Below, one piece after another: positions 19,012-29,729 of a DNA stretch of 64,000 nucleotides. The stretch comes from an uncultured bacterium (lineage in GTDB: Bacteria; Zixibacteria; MSB-5A5; GN15; FEB-12). The position numbers were made by a program, and so were the translations under genes. Within the stretch, counting starts at the first letter, position 1; the number at the start of each line of letters is the position of its first letter. The notes below the pieces were generated by a model. That model saw only the letters and a program-made list of their open reading frames with translations, did no database searches and was not told where the DNA came from. The stretch is taken from contig CBDVDR010000009.1 of the NCBI GenBank assembly GCA_965372795.1, forward strand, positions 2,986 to 66,985. The letters run 5' to 3'.

Positions 19012-19863
19012 ATGCGCTTTTTCAAAGCTGCTATCGTCTTATTTTTAATCATTTTTGTATGTACCTCTGTTTTTGCAGTAACTGATGCTGAAAAACAACT
19101 CATAGACAAATTTATGAAAAAACATAAGAAAAATGATAACTTCAAAAAACTGGGCTGGATATCGGGAAGCTATACTCTTGATCGTATTAACCGTAATAAT
19201 AACTACAACAGTTTTGCTACTTATGAATCAAACAATTTTAACAATACCAATATCTCCTGGTTGAACACTGCCTCTACCTTCGCCCTTGAAGCTGGAATGA
19301 TTTTCGGTGACAAATTTGCATGGTCAGTTGGCGGTGAATACTGGATGAAATTCGGTGAGAACCAATCCGGTACTTTTGACTATAATTCAAGCGGATTAAC
19401 AACAAGTGTAACCGATTTAAAATCTGAAATTAAAGTTTGGGGACTGACAACCGGAGTTAGCTACTATATCACAAATCCTCCAAGTGTCAGCGAACATATC
19501 TCTGAAATGGCTTTAAGAGTTACCTCGTTAGTCGGTTACTATCAGGTAAGTTGGGATTTATGGGAAGGTTATGAAAACCTAAATCTGGTTACCTCTACTC
19601 CAGCCAGTTCCAATACTATTCATAAAGGTTCAGCTCCGGGTATCTCTCTTGGAATGGGCATGGATTATCCTTTGAATATCATGGGTTTAACTGCCGGCGT
19701 TGATTTCTCATACTTTTATCTGAACTTCAACAATGTAGCATGGTATAATGGTTTAGATCAGGAAATTGTCGCAACATATTCAACTGATGCTGATAGCCGG
19801 GTAGACTTAAATTTCTCCGGATTTAGAGGCAAAATTGAATTCAAACGTTATTTCAGTTGGTAA
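19012..19863 (+). CDS. Putative outer-membrane beta-barrel protein
   Basis: GGAGG RBS before ATG 19012; signal peptide; alternating amphipathic strands; terminal aromatic signature YFSW. Confidence 0.65.
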   Translation: MRFFKAAIVLFLIIFVCTSVFAVTDAEKQLIDKFMKKHKKNDNFKKLGWISGSYTLDRINRNNNYNSFATYESNNFNNTNISWLNTASTFALEAGMIFGDKFAWSVGGEYWMKFGENQSGTFDYNSSGLTTSVTDLKSEIKVWGLTTGVSYYITNPPSVSEHISEMALRVTSLVGYYQVSWDLWEGYENLNLVTSTPASSNTIHKGSAPGISLGMGMDYPLNIMGLTAGVDFSYFYLNFNNVAWYNGLDQEIVATYSTDADSRVDLNFSGFRGKIEFKRYFSW

Positions 19864-19945
19864 AATTTGTGAAAGATAGTTTGACAGACAATGAAATGGT
19901 TTTATCTTTAACAAAAATTTACGGAACCAAAATTGGAGAAAAATC

Positions 19946-20953
19946 TTGAATAGCAAATCAACCTCACGTCTGTTTTTCATTGTTTGTCTAATCGTTGGAT
20001 TAGTATTTGGCAATTCTTTTGCCGCCGGTAATTTAACAGTGGACAAAGCGGGACAGATAGGTCAGCCAACCGGAAAAATTGCTTTCATTAGAGACGGCAA
20101 TATCTGGACAATTGATGCTTCCGGCAGCAACCTGATGAAAATTTCCGAAACTACCAATGCCTATGGCAGACTTAGCTGGTCACCGGACGGCAAAGAAATT
20201 CTTTTCACAAGAAGTGGTAAACTCGACCTTAAAGGACCCGATCTGTTAGGTGGAATTCATAAAGTTTATGATTTATTCAAGGCCTACCCTGATTCAGCCA
20301 TAAACAACAACACCATGCACTGGCTTCGCATAACTAATGATCTTGGAAGTCGCGATCCTGACTGGGCTCCTAATGGAGATATTATTTTCTGGAAAGATCT
20401 GAACGCAAATGTTGCCAACGCAGTCCTCCCTAATTATCAGGCTTGCACAATGGACAGCAATGGCGATAATGTAAAAGTCTTACGAAAAGACTGGCAGTTT
20501 ATGGAAGATGCCTACATGATTGCACCTTCGTTAAGTTCTACCGGTTACATGGCATGTGTTATGTTCTTTGATATGAAACCTCAGGGACTGGTAACTTTCC
20601 CTATTGATGAAATTATGACATCTGTTGACACTCTAAAAGTGCGAGCTTTGAAACAACGCAAACGGGTCGCACCTGCTTGGTCGCCTGATGGAAAATGGCT
20701 GGCTTATGTCAGCAGTGACATGAACAAAAGCGGTTTATATATCGCTACACCGGATTTAAAAGAACATTTCCTGACTTTTACTCCTCCGGTTAGTACTTAT
20801 GTTTCATCAATTTCTCCATCATTCTCTGGTGATTCAAAATGGTTAACTTTTGCCACTACTGATGGCTCGGTTTGGATTGTCGACATCACCGGTAACGGTG
20901 CCAGACGATTAACTCCTCCCGGATTAGATAAATCTCCCGCCTGGACAAAATAA
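19946..20953 (+). CDS. TolB-like / PD40 beta-propeller periplasmic protein
   Basis: Signal peptide; repeated SWSPDGK, PAWSPDGKWLAY, PSFSGDSKWL motifs. Confidence 0.85.
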   Translation: MNSKSTSRLFFIVCLIVGLVFGNSFAAGNLTVDKAGQIGQPTGKIAFIRDGNIWTIDASGSNLMKISETTNAYGRLSWSPDGKEILFTRSGKLDLKGPDLLGGIHKVYDLFKAYPDSAINNNTMHWLRITNDLGSRDPDWAPNGDIIFWKDLNANVANAVLPNYQACTMDSNGDNVKVLRKDWQFMEDAYMIAPSLSSTGYMACVMFFDMKPQGLVTFPIDEIMTSVDTLKVRALKQRKRVAPAWSPDGKWLAYVSSDMNKSGLYIATPDLKEHFLTFTPPVSTYVSSISPSFSGDSKWLTFATTDGSVWIVDITGNGARRLTPPGLDKSPAWTK

Positions 20954-20987
20954 TACATTTAAAAATATTTTTTATAAAATATTTATT

Positions 20988-21020
20988 GGCTGCGTTATTT
21001 AATAGCGCAGCTTTTTTTTT
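20988..21020 (+). terminator. Intrinsic terminator
   Basis: GCTGCGTTAT...ATAGCGCAGC followed by T9. Confidence 0.8.
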
Positions 21021-21110
21021 ATTATCCTATTAATAAAAATGTTACTCACTTGACGAATAAGCAGGATTTTGCGTTATTATCTAAAATCAAATAATTGTTA
21101 AACGGTTGAT

Positions 21111-23825
21111 ATGACAAGAGCAAGCATTTTAAAAAAACGACAACGATCTTTCTCTATTATATTTCAATTAATTACTGCTATTATTATTACACTTCTGATT
21201 AGCCAAAATTGCTATAGCCGGGATGTAGTAAACAATAAATCTGATGGCCGAGATGATCTGGCGACTAAATCAAGTGTCCCCTGTGTCGGATACCACAACA
21301 TCGGCAGAATCCAGATGACGGTTCACTCAACTGGCATTATCGCAAAAGGCAATTATATGAGCCATAGCGGTGAAGCGGTTCTTGATTGCTTGACCGGCGA
21401 ACATGTGGGAGCTGGCTTAGAATTTCCAAACGATTCAGAGTTAGATTTTGTCAGCCGGATGGAATATTGGTTCGGAGCTGTCATAGGCCGTGATAGTTTA
21501 GTCTCTTCCTCTTTTAATACCGACCACTGGTGGTCAGAACCTGAACCTGAACTATTCCAGGACCCTTCATTCGGAGGTGTTCAATATCGCTCGACTATCG
21601 ATCAAGACCCAACCTATCATAGTGGTGCTGTTTCAGAACAGGATTACATCGCTGTATTTAATGATTCCGAAAGACGATTAACTTATGATCGAATCAGACA
21701 GACCGAACATAAACCTTTAAATATTCAGGTTGTGCAAAAATCTTATGCCTGGTCATACCCTTATGCCGAAGATTTTATTTTAATAAATATGAACATCAGC
21801 AACCAAGGGGACAAGGTTCTAAATGATTTCTATTTTGGGATTGCGCCCAAACCGTCGGTTTCACTTTATGTAAAAAACCCTCGTGACTATGATGATATTG
21901 TTGGATTTTTACCAGACTACGAATCGTTTCAGGGATGTGGCTATCGCGACACTGTAAATATTGCCTGGTTCGCTGATAACGACGGCGACCCCTTTCAGGG
22001 CGAGTTTATTGATGAAATCAACTGGTTTTGTGATGGAGGAATAATTGTTCGAGGACCTATCGTTATGCCTAAATGCGACCCTTATAAATCCACTCCCCAT
22101 GTTGGCGGAATTAAATTCATTGATAGCAAACTCACCAAAGATGATCTTTCTTTTAACTGGTGGAAAGACTGGTACTACCCCGCCTCCAGTTTTGCGCCTG
22201 TCAAAAACGATGCTAAAGTTCCTTATGCAATCAATCCTTATCTTACTACTTCAGTCGGCGATCAGAACAAATTTTATTTGATGAGTAACAAAGAGATTGA
22301 CTATGATGTAACTGATATTGCTCTAATTCGAGAATCTTTTACCGATTGGACCTTACCGACCAACGAACAAATTGCTTCCATCGGAGTCGGCTCCATGGGA
22401 AGTTATGGTTGGAGACAGGGTGAATTTGTTTTTTCCCGCGGTCCTTTTACAATTTCCCCCGGTGCCTCTATTGATATTGTCTTTGCTGTTATTGTAGGAG
22501 AAAATTTACATACCGACCCGAACAACCATCGTCACCTGCCTAACTCTCCCCATAAATTTAAAGAGAATCTTGATTTTTCCGATCTGACTAAAAATGCAAT
22601 GTGGGCAAACTGGGTTTATGATAACCCCGGTGTAGATACCGACGGTGATGGATATTTTGGCAAATATCGTATTTGTATTAAAGACTCGGTTGCTACCGAT
22701 TCCGGATGGGTTGCCGCTGCTGCAGATACTTTCTTTTATGAAGGTGACGGCATCCCCGACTGGCGTGCTGCCGGACCTCCCCCCTCTCCGACATTCTGGA
22801 TTGAACCGCTGGTTAATGGAATCCGGGTTCGCTTCAATGGTTCCTTATCGGAAACCGAAAAAGATTACATGACCGGCAAAGCAGATTTTGAGGGATACCA
22901 TGTCTGGTTAGGGCGCGATGATCGGGAGTCAAGTTTATCCTTAGTCGGTAATTACGACCGCCTTAATTTTGACAAATTAACTCTTAATCGTAAACTTAAT
23001 CCATTGCCCGATTATGAACTTCTTGATGACCCCTATACTCTCCAGGAACTGCGCTGCCTGTATGGTGAAGGTTCTGATCCATGTTTCGACAGCAGTTTTA
23101 ATCCAATTCTCTACAATCGCAATAATCCATTTTATCAATCCGGAACTGATTCGGTTTTTATCTTTGCCCCCCACAATTTTAATTCATCGGAATTAGGGGT
23201 CACAAGTCCGATTAGAAAAGTTTATCCCGATGAACCTCCTCCGCCTGACTATATTCATCCCGACTCGCTTTCCGATGAGTGGTACACCGAAGAAGGATTC
23301 TTAAAATATTACGAATACGAACTTATTATTGAACGCCTGCTCCCAACCGTTCCGTATTGGATTAATGTCACCGTCTTCGATCATGGTTCTCCAAAATCAG
23401 GTCTATTTCCCTTGGAGACTCCCAAAAGAGTCGGCATGCAGGAACTCTATCCATACATCAGCGGTATTCAGTCAGACACAACCGAATTAAAAGCTTATGT
23501 ATACCCCAACCCTTACCGTATTGATGATAACTACCGTCAAGCCGGCTATGAAGGGCGTACAAATTATGACTTGCCTAATGACAAAGTAAGAAAAATTCAC
23601 TTTGCAAATTTACCTGCCAAATGTACTATTTCGATTTTTTCAATTGATGGTGATTTGGTTCGCGAGATTCATCATGATTTTGATGGGACCGATCCTAATC
23701 GTTTTCATGATACCTGGAATTTAATCAACCGCAACCGCCAGATTATAGTATCGGGATTATATTACTGGACGGTCGAGGATGATAACGGCAAAGTTCAAAT
23801 GGGAAAACTTGTTGTTATAATGTGA
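21111..23825 (+). CDS. Large secreted protein (paralog A) with T9SS-CTD/FlgD-like C-terminal domain
   Basis: Signal peptide; DTDGDG Ca-binding-like loop; FN3-like region; C-terminal VYPNPY...IFSIDGDLVR...WNL...SGLYYWTVE...GKLVVIM. Confidence 0.75.
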   Translation: MTRASILKKRQRSFSIIFQLITAIIITLLISQNCYSRDVVNNKSDGRDDLATKSSVPCVGYHNIGRIQMTVHSTGIIAKGNYMSHSGEAVLDCLTGEHVGAGLEFPNDSELDFVSRMEYWFGAVIGRDSLVSSSFNTDHWWSEPEPELFQDPSFGGVQYRSTIDQDPTYHSGAVSEQDYIAVFNDSERRLTYDRIRQTEHKPLNIQVVQKSYAWSYPYAEDFILINMNISNQGDKVLNDFYFGIAPKPSVSLYVKNPRDYDDIVGFLPDYESFQGCGYRDTVNIAWFADNDGDPFQGEFIDEINWFCDGGIIVRGPIVMPKCDPYKSTPHVGGIKFIDSKLTKDDLSFNWWKDWYYPASSFAPVKNDAKVPYAINPYLTTSVGDQNKFYLMSNKEIDYDVTDIALIRESFTDWTLPTNEQIASIGVGSMGSYGWRQGEFVFSRGPFTISPGASIDIVFAVIVGENLHTDPNNHRHLPNSPHKFKENLDFSDLTKNAMWANWVYDNPGVDTDGDGYFGKYRICIKDSVATDSGWVAAAADTFFYEGDGIPDWRAAGPPPSPTFWIEPLVNGIRVRFNGSLSETEKDYMTGKADFEGYHVWLGRDDRESSLSLVGNYDRLNFDKLTLNRKLNPLPDYELLDDPYTLQELRCLYGEGSDPCFDSSFNPILYNRNNPFYQSGTDSVFIFAPHNFNSSELGVTSPIRKVYPDEPPPPDYIHPDSLSDEWYTEEGFLKYYEYELIIERLLPTVPYWINVTVFDHGSPKSGLFPLETPKRVGMQELYPYISGIQSDTTELKAYVYPNPYRIDDNYRQAGYEGRTNYDLPNDKVRKIHFANLPAKCTISIFSIDGDLVREIHHDFDGTDPNRFHDTWNLINRNRQIIVSGLYYWTVEDDNGKVQMGKLVVIM

Positions 23826-23851
23826 TGATTCGCAGTCAGCCATCTGGGGCA

Positions 23852-24083
23852 GATTTTCTTTGTAGGGCAGTGATCCCTGTGATCCTGCCATGTTTCCTTA
23901 GGAGAAGACGAGAGTTCACCACGGTGGGTGGCACCCTCAAACTTGTTTGGGGGTGATTCTATTGATGCAAGCGAAACAATCTCAGTAGGTCGAAACTAAC
24001 CAACCCTCGGTTTCCCGAAACCTGCCAATCTTGATTTTCTTTGTAGGGCAGTGATCCCTGTGATCCTGCCATGTTTCCTTAGG
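23852..24083 (+). repeat. Cluster of GTAG-type REP-like elements including a 51-bp exact direct repeat
   Basis: GATTTTCTTTGTAGGGCAGTGATCCCTGTGATCCTGCCATGTTTCCTTAGG at 23852-23902 and 24033-24083; another GTAGGTCG.. unit near 23985. Confidence 0.8.
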
Positions 24084-24238
24084 GGCAGACGATGATTTCC
24101 CACGGCGAAGTGTAATAATTCGCAGAGAATGCGACCGATAATTAGCCCTCATTCAATCCTTGACAAACATATCCTCAATTTATAACTTTATTCATAGGTT
24201 CCTTCACCAAGGGAAACAGGACGGGGATATCTGATATT

Positions 24239-26836
24239 ATGAAAAGATTTATTTCTACATTGTTTAACAAAACTAATACATATATATTTTTATCACTGTT
24301 CATATTTCTACTCTACGGTGTGACTGAAATCACGGCTAGAGAAAAATATACTGTAAAAACGAAATCATTATCTGAAATTTATAATCTTCAAGCTGGTGCT
24401 CACAATATAGGAAATATATCAATAATTGTTAAAAACTATGGTAAAATAGGTAGGCGTTTTTGGGAAGGTTTGAATGATTTCCATACAGGTGAAGGTATTT
24501 GGAAATCTTGTGAATATCCCAAGAACTCTCAATTAGATTATTTCCTTGAAGGGATGTTATGGGTTGGGGCTGTAGTGGGTAATGATACTTTGGTATCTTC
24601 TGGAAGAGACTATGGGTATGGGCTTAAAAGTTTAGGTGAGTTCTCGCCAGGTTTCATTCCGGATGGGGATATGCTATATAGGTCAACCCTTGAATTAGAT
24701 GATAACCTAAAAAAGGATGCGGTTTCGGAACAGGATTTCATTGCTGTATATACCGACACATTTCTTCAGGTTTCTTATGATGAAATCACCAGAATGCCTC
24801 ACAAACCTTTACATCTTGAAATTACTCAGAAATCATATGCCTGATCATATGAATATACTGAGGATTTCGTCTTACTTGAGTACACTATTAAGATTATTGG
24901 TCAAAAAAAATTAAATGACCTATACTATGGAATGCATATATTAGCTGCTACTGGTATAACACAATATATGAACTTATGGGACAATACCTGTGGTTATCTA
25001 AAATCATTTAAATCCTTTCAAGGTTGCAATTACAAGGACACAATTGACATGGTCTGGTTTGCTAATGCTGATGGTGATCCATATAAGGGTGAATTTATAG
25101 ATGATATTGTTTGGGCAGATAATCGTGCTTACAAATCGACAACAAGTGTTACTGGGATTAGATTTCTTAATAAGAAGAAGGAAGGTACTAAAGATTCTTT
25201 CAATTGGTGGTCTTCCAGATATGAAGTATTTGAATTTGGTCCCAGGCTCAGACAAAACTTTCGGGATTTTGGTACAGGTGATATTGGTTATCCTGCCGGA
25301 GATAAAAACAAATATTATTTGATGGGAAATGGTGAGATTGATTATGATCCTGTCTATATTCCCTTCATACGTGAGGATGATCCTTTATGGCAATATCCTG
25401 GTCAAAACGTTTCTGAGACAATGCCAAAGACCGGAGCACTATTTGATATATTGTTATCTTCTGGTCCAATAACTCTAACGCCAGGTGCTTCTACCAAATT
25501 TGTATTAGCAATAGTCGGGGGAGAAAATTTTCATACTGACCCTAACAATTTTAATAACAATTTTGCCACTAATCCTGAAGCGTACTACTCAAACTTAGAT
25601 TTCTCTGATCTGGCTAAGAACGCCATGTGGGCATCATGGATTTACGACAACCCCGGTATCGACACCGATGGCGATGGCTACTACGGTAAATACCGCATTT
25701 GTATTCTCGACTCGGTCGAAACCGACAACGGCTGGGAAGTAACCAAAGCCGACACATCGTTCTACGAGGGGGACGGCATCCCCGACTGGCGCGCCGCCGG
25801 ACCGCCCCCCGCCCCCGAGTTCTGGGCTGAACCGGTAACGAATGGCATTCATGTCCGCTTCAACGGACACCGCTCGGAGACTGAAAAAGACTTTATGACC
25901 GGCGAGATAGATTTTGAGGGCTATCATATCTGGCTTGGTCGCGACGAACGCGCCACCTCACTCTCGATGGTCGCCTCGTATGATATTCTTAACTACGACA
26001 AATATTACTGGGATAAAAATCTGCGACCCATACCGAATTATCTGCTTGATGACATCCCGCAAACCTATGAGCAACTAAGCTGTCTTTATGCTGACTGCGA
26101 CGAATCTTTTAACCCGCTCGATTACACAAGAGGAACCCCGTACGATCATCCTGACTTTGCTGATTCATTTTTTATTTTTTTGCCTCATAATTTTAATGCT
26201 TCTGTTCCCGGTGTGACTTCAAAAATCAGAAAAATTTATCCTGATGTTATCGACCCTCGTACAATTCCACCTGATTCAATCTCTGATGACATGTACACCG
26301 ATGATGACTACTTAAAATTCTTTGAATATGAATTCACAATTGAGAACGTGCTTCCAACCGTGCCATATTATGTTAATGTCACTGCCTTTGATTTTGGTTC
26401 ACCCAAAGCCGGCTTAAGTCCGCTTGAAACCTCGAAGACTCTTAACTGCCAACAGACCTACCCGTTAAGCCCGGGAACCAATCTGGGTTCCGATAATTTG
26501 AAAGCATATGTCTATCCAAATCCATATCGCAAGGATGGCGACTACCGCAGCAACTCCTATGAGGGACGACTGAAAGATTTCCTTCCGAATGATAAAGTTC
26601 GTTCGATCCAGTTTGCGAATCTTCCGGCAAAATGCACGATTCGAATATTTTCTTTAGACGGTGATTTAGTACGTGAGATTCACCACGATTTTGATGAGAC
26701 TGACCCGAACCGTTTTCATGATGAATGGAATCTGATCAACCGCAACCGCCAGATTATTGTATCGGGATTATACTACTGGACTGTCGAGGACAGTTCCGGC
26801 AAAGTTCAAATGGGAAAACTTGTAGTTATAATGTAA
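24239..26836 (+). pseudogene. Large secreted protein (paralog B) interrupted by one in-frame TGA at 24842-24844
   Basis: ORFs 24239-24844 and 24932-26836 are in one frame; QKSYA*SYEYTEDF aligns with QKSYAWSYPYAEDF in paralog A. Confidence 0.8.
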
Positions 26837-26855
26837 TTGATATTTCAAAAAATTA

Positions 26856-26890
26856 AAAAAAAGAGCATCTCAATTTGGATGCTCTTTTTT
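26856..26890. terminator. Bidirectional intrinsic terminator
   Basis: AAAAAAAGAGCATC...GATGCTCTTTTT between convergent genes. Confidence 0.8.
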
Positions 26891-26907
26891 ATCTACAGAA
26901 TATTATT

Positions 26908-28407
26908 TTATCTGGTCGGTTTTTTCCAGTTGGAAAGCATATCAATTAGAAGTCTCATTCCGATTCCGGTTGTTCCTTTGGGAATATACGGACGGCCTTT
27001 CTTTTCAATATCAACATAGGCAATATCGATATGCGCCCAGGGATAATCGCCGATGAAATTCTCAAGAAACGCCGCAGCCTTGCAGGTCCCGGCATCACGC
27101 CCGCCCGAATTGACCAGATCGGCTATATCCGATTTCATTGCCTCGCCATAAGCATCCCAAAGCGGAAGCTGCCAGACTTTTTCTGAAGTATTTTCCGAAG
27201 CGGTATACAGCATATCAATTAGCTTTTTGTTCCTGCTGAACACCGGGGCGCCCTCATAACCAAGACTATATAATGTTGCTCCTGTTAATGTTGCGACATC
27301 AATAACAGCTTGAGGATTAAATTTATTGGCATAATCCAAAGCATCCGCCAACACCAATCGACCTTCTGCATCGGTATTAATAATTTCAATGGTGATACCT
27401 TTACGGGAGGTATGAATATCGCCCGGCTTGGTTGCTGTTCCCGACGGCATATTTTCAGTTGCCGGAACCAGAGTTACAATATTTAAAGGCAGTTTCAATT
27501 TTGAGGCGGTTACGATGGCTGAAATAACAACCGCCGCTCCGGTCATGTCACCTTTCATCTCTTCCATTCCTAATGAAGCTTTCAACGAAATACCGCCGGA
27601 ATCAAAAGTGACGCCTTTACCAACTAAAACAACCGGGTCCTGACCTGATTTACCGCCGTTATATTTTAAAATAATAAAACGAGGCGGTTCAACCGAACCG
27701 TTTGAGACTCCTAACAAAGCTCCCATCTTTTCTTTTTCAATAGCTTTCTTATCAAGTATCTGACAGGTCAGTTTATTTTCACGAGCAAGTTTTTGGGCTA
27801 TTTGTCCAAATTTTGTCGGAGTCAGAAAATTTGACGGGGTTGCCGATAAAGTACGGACCATACATTGCCCCTCGCCTGTAATTCTTCCCCGTTCAACGGC
27901 CGCTTCCATTTTCTTGCGGATTTTAGCTGAAGGTGCCGCGAAAATTAAATCTTTCAATTTCCTTTTATCAACCGCATTCTCACCGGACTTGAACTCAAAT
28001 AATTTAAAACCGCCCAGTAAATAACCCTCAATTGCCGCCTGAAACATTTCCTTATCTTCAAATTTATCAAAATAGAAGACTGCTTTTTTTGAATTGACCA
28101 GCGGTTTATGTCGTGCCAGAGTCCCGCAAGCATTTCTAAAACAGTCCGGCGTAACTTTTTTCTTATCTCCCATTCCGACAATCAGAACTTTTTTAGCATT
28201 GAATCCATCGAGATTATAAAAATCAATAAACTCGCCTGCTTTGCCTGAAAAATCTTCAGCCTCTAATTGATCGGTTAAAGCTCCACCCGAGGCAGCATCG
28301 ATAAGCTTTAAAGTTTTATCGGTAATTTTTGAAAATGCCGGCGTAAAATAGACAATTGCATCGCCGGTTATATTTTCAATCGCATCAAACATGTAATTTA
28401 TTTTCAT
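26908..28407 (-). CDS. pepA: Leucyl aminopeptidase (M17)
   Basis: LVGKGVTFDSGG, MKGDM, ENMPSG, NTDAEGRL, ATLTGA, WAHIDIA. Confidence 0.95.
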   Translation of the reverse strand: MKINYMFDAIENITGDAIVYFTPAFSKITDKTLKLIDAASGGALTDQLEAEDFSGKAGEFIDFYNLDGFNAKKVLIVGMGDKKKVTPDCFRNACGTLARHKPLVNSKKAVFYFDKFEDKEMFQAAIEGYLLGGFKLFEFKSGENAVDKRKLKDLIFAAPSAKIRKKMEAAVERGRITGEGQCMVRTLSATPSNFLTPTKFGQIAQKLARENKLTCQILDKKAIEKEKMGALLGVSNGSVEPPRFIILKYNGGKSGQDPVVLVGKGVTFDSGGISLKASLGMEEMKGDMTGAAVVISAIVTASKLKLPLNIVTLVPATENMPSGTATKPGDIHTSRKGITIEIINTDAEGRLVLADALDYANKFNPQAVIDVATLTGATLYSLGYEGAPVFSRNKKLIDMLYTASENTSEKVWQLPLWDAYGEAMKSDIADLVNSGGRDAGTCKAAAFLENFIGDYPWAHIDIAYVDIEKKGRPYIPKGTTGIGMRLLIDMLSNWKKPTR

Positions 28408-28492
28408 TAAACTCTCCTTTGATTTTTCAAAAAATATAATATTTGAAGATTAAGAGCAACTATTAAGTTAAATTTTAGTAGAAACGAATTAC

Positions 28493-29692
28493 TTAGTATT
28501 TTGTGGATAAAAATGAATTATAATTTCTAAGAGTTTCTTCGAAATTATCTGATCCGAATTTTTTGAAGAATGCTTCGGCAAGAACCAGGGCAGCAGCGGC
28601 TTCACAAACCACGCCTAAAGCCGGTACCACACAATTATCAGTGCGTTCAACCATCGCCTCTGATTTTACTTTGGTTTTGACGTTCACTGATTTTAATGGC
28701 TGATTCAAAGTAGAAATCGGCTTATTCCCAATTTTGATTATAATATCTTCACCATTGGTCATTCCGCCTTCAAGCCCGCCGGCATTATTGGTCTTTCGAA
28801 AAAAGTATTTCTTTTTCGGATCACCATCAGAATCATAAAATATTTCATCATGAACCTGCGATCCTAATTGTTCGGAAGCTCTGAACCCGGCTCCAATTTC
28901 AACTGCTTTTACCGATTGAATAGACATCAAGGCTTGAGCCAGTAATCCATCGAGTCTATCCGACCATTGCGACAATCCTCCCAATCCGATTGGAAGTCCC
29001 CGAATTATCAATTCAACAACGCCCCCGAGAGAATCTCTTTTCTTTTTAGCGGCTTTTATTGCATCTATCATTTTTAATGTACAACTGTCATCAAGACAAC
29101 GAACTTCCGAATTTTCCACTATCTCTTTTAATTTATTTAAATCCGAATAGTCGATTTCATTTTCAAGAGTAACATCGCCAATTTTGATGACATGACTTAA
29201 GACTTCCACTCCAAACTGTTCCAGCAACTGTATCGCCACTGCTCCGGCGGCTACGCGGGCGGCTGTCTCGCGAGCTGAGGCGCGCTCGAGCACATTTCTT
29301 AAATCATGATGATTCCATTTAACCCCTCCCGGAAGATCGGCGTGCCCCGGTCGGGGCGTACTGGTTTCATAAGCCAATCGTTTTTCCTTGAGATTAAGAT
29401 CATCTGAAATCGGGTTAACCGGATGCATTATTTTATCCCAATTTTCCCAATCTTTATTTTTTATGACAAGCGTTACCGGTCCGCCAAGAGTGTAACTATT
29501 TCTTATACCGGAAACAATCACAGCTTTATCGGTTTCTATTTTCATTCGTCCCCCGCGTCCGTATCCTTTTTGACGACGGGCAAGATGAAAATTGATCTTA
29601 TCGATTTCTATTTTAAAACCGGCTGGCAAGCCATCAATTATTGTAGTTAATTGAGGACCATGAGATTCGCCTGAAGTTAAATACTTAAGCAT
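28493..29692 (-). CDS. aroC: Chorismate synthase
   Basis: TSGESHG, RRQKGYGRGGRM, PRPGHAD, ERASARETA, NNAGGLEGGMTNG. Confidence 0.96.
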   Translation of the reverse strand: MLKYLTSGESHGPQLTTIIDGLPAGFKIEIDKINFHLARRQKGYGRGGRMKIETDKAVIVSGIRNSYTLGGPVTLVIKNKDWENWDKIMHPVNPISDDLNLKEKRLAYETSTPRPGHADLPGGVKWNHHDLRNVLERASARETAARVAAGAVAIQLLEQFGVEVLSHVIKIGDVTLENEIDYSDLNKLKEIVENSEVRCLDDSCTLKMIDAIKAAKKKRDSLGGVVELIIRGLPIGLGGLSQWSDRLDGLLAQALMSIQSVKAVEIGAGFRASEQLGSQVHDEIFYDSDGDPKKKYFFRKTNNAGGLEGGMTNGEDIIIKIGNKPISTLNQPLKSVNVKTKVKSEAMVERTDNCVVPALGVVCEAAAALVLAEAFFKKFGSDNFEETLRNYNSFLSTKY

Positions 29693-29729
29693 ATATAAAG
29701 TTATTGAATTGTTAAGAGTCGGTCAACAG

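Noticed and set aside
19946-20953. Canonical Tol-Pal locus
   Set aside because: No pal, tolA, tolQ or tolR adjacent and no TolB N-terminal domain is evident; called only a TolB-like propeller.
23852-24083. CRISPR repeats
   Set aside because: Two 51-bp copies 130 bp apart with GTAG-hairpin structure fit REP elements, not repeat-spacer geometry.
24134-24141. Additional sigma28-like -10 box (ACCGATAA) before paralog B
   Set aside because: No plausible -35 at the right spacing; a TTGACA-type promoter near 24160 explains the region better.
24842-24844. Genome-wide TGA recoding (Trp/Gly) or selenocysteine insertion
   Set aside because: TGA ends several genes at their expected C-termini (13307, 23825, 31132). 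The aligned residue is Trp, not Cys, and no convincing SECIS-like hairpin follows.
23690-26836. Diversity-generating retroelement template/variable repeat pair at the paralog 3' ends
   Set aside because: Differences are not confined to adenines and are largely synonymous, both copies are coding, and there is no reverse transcriptase in the window.
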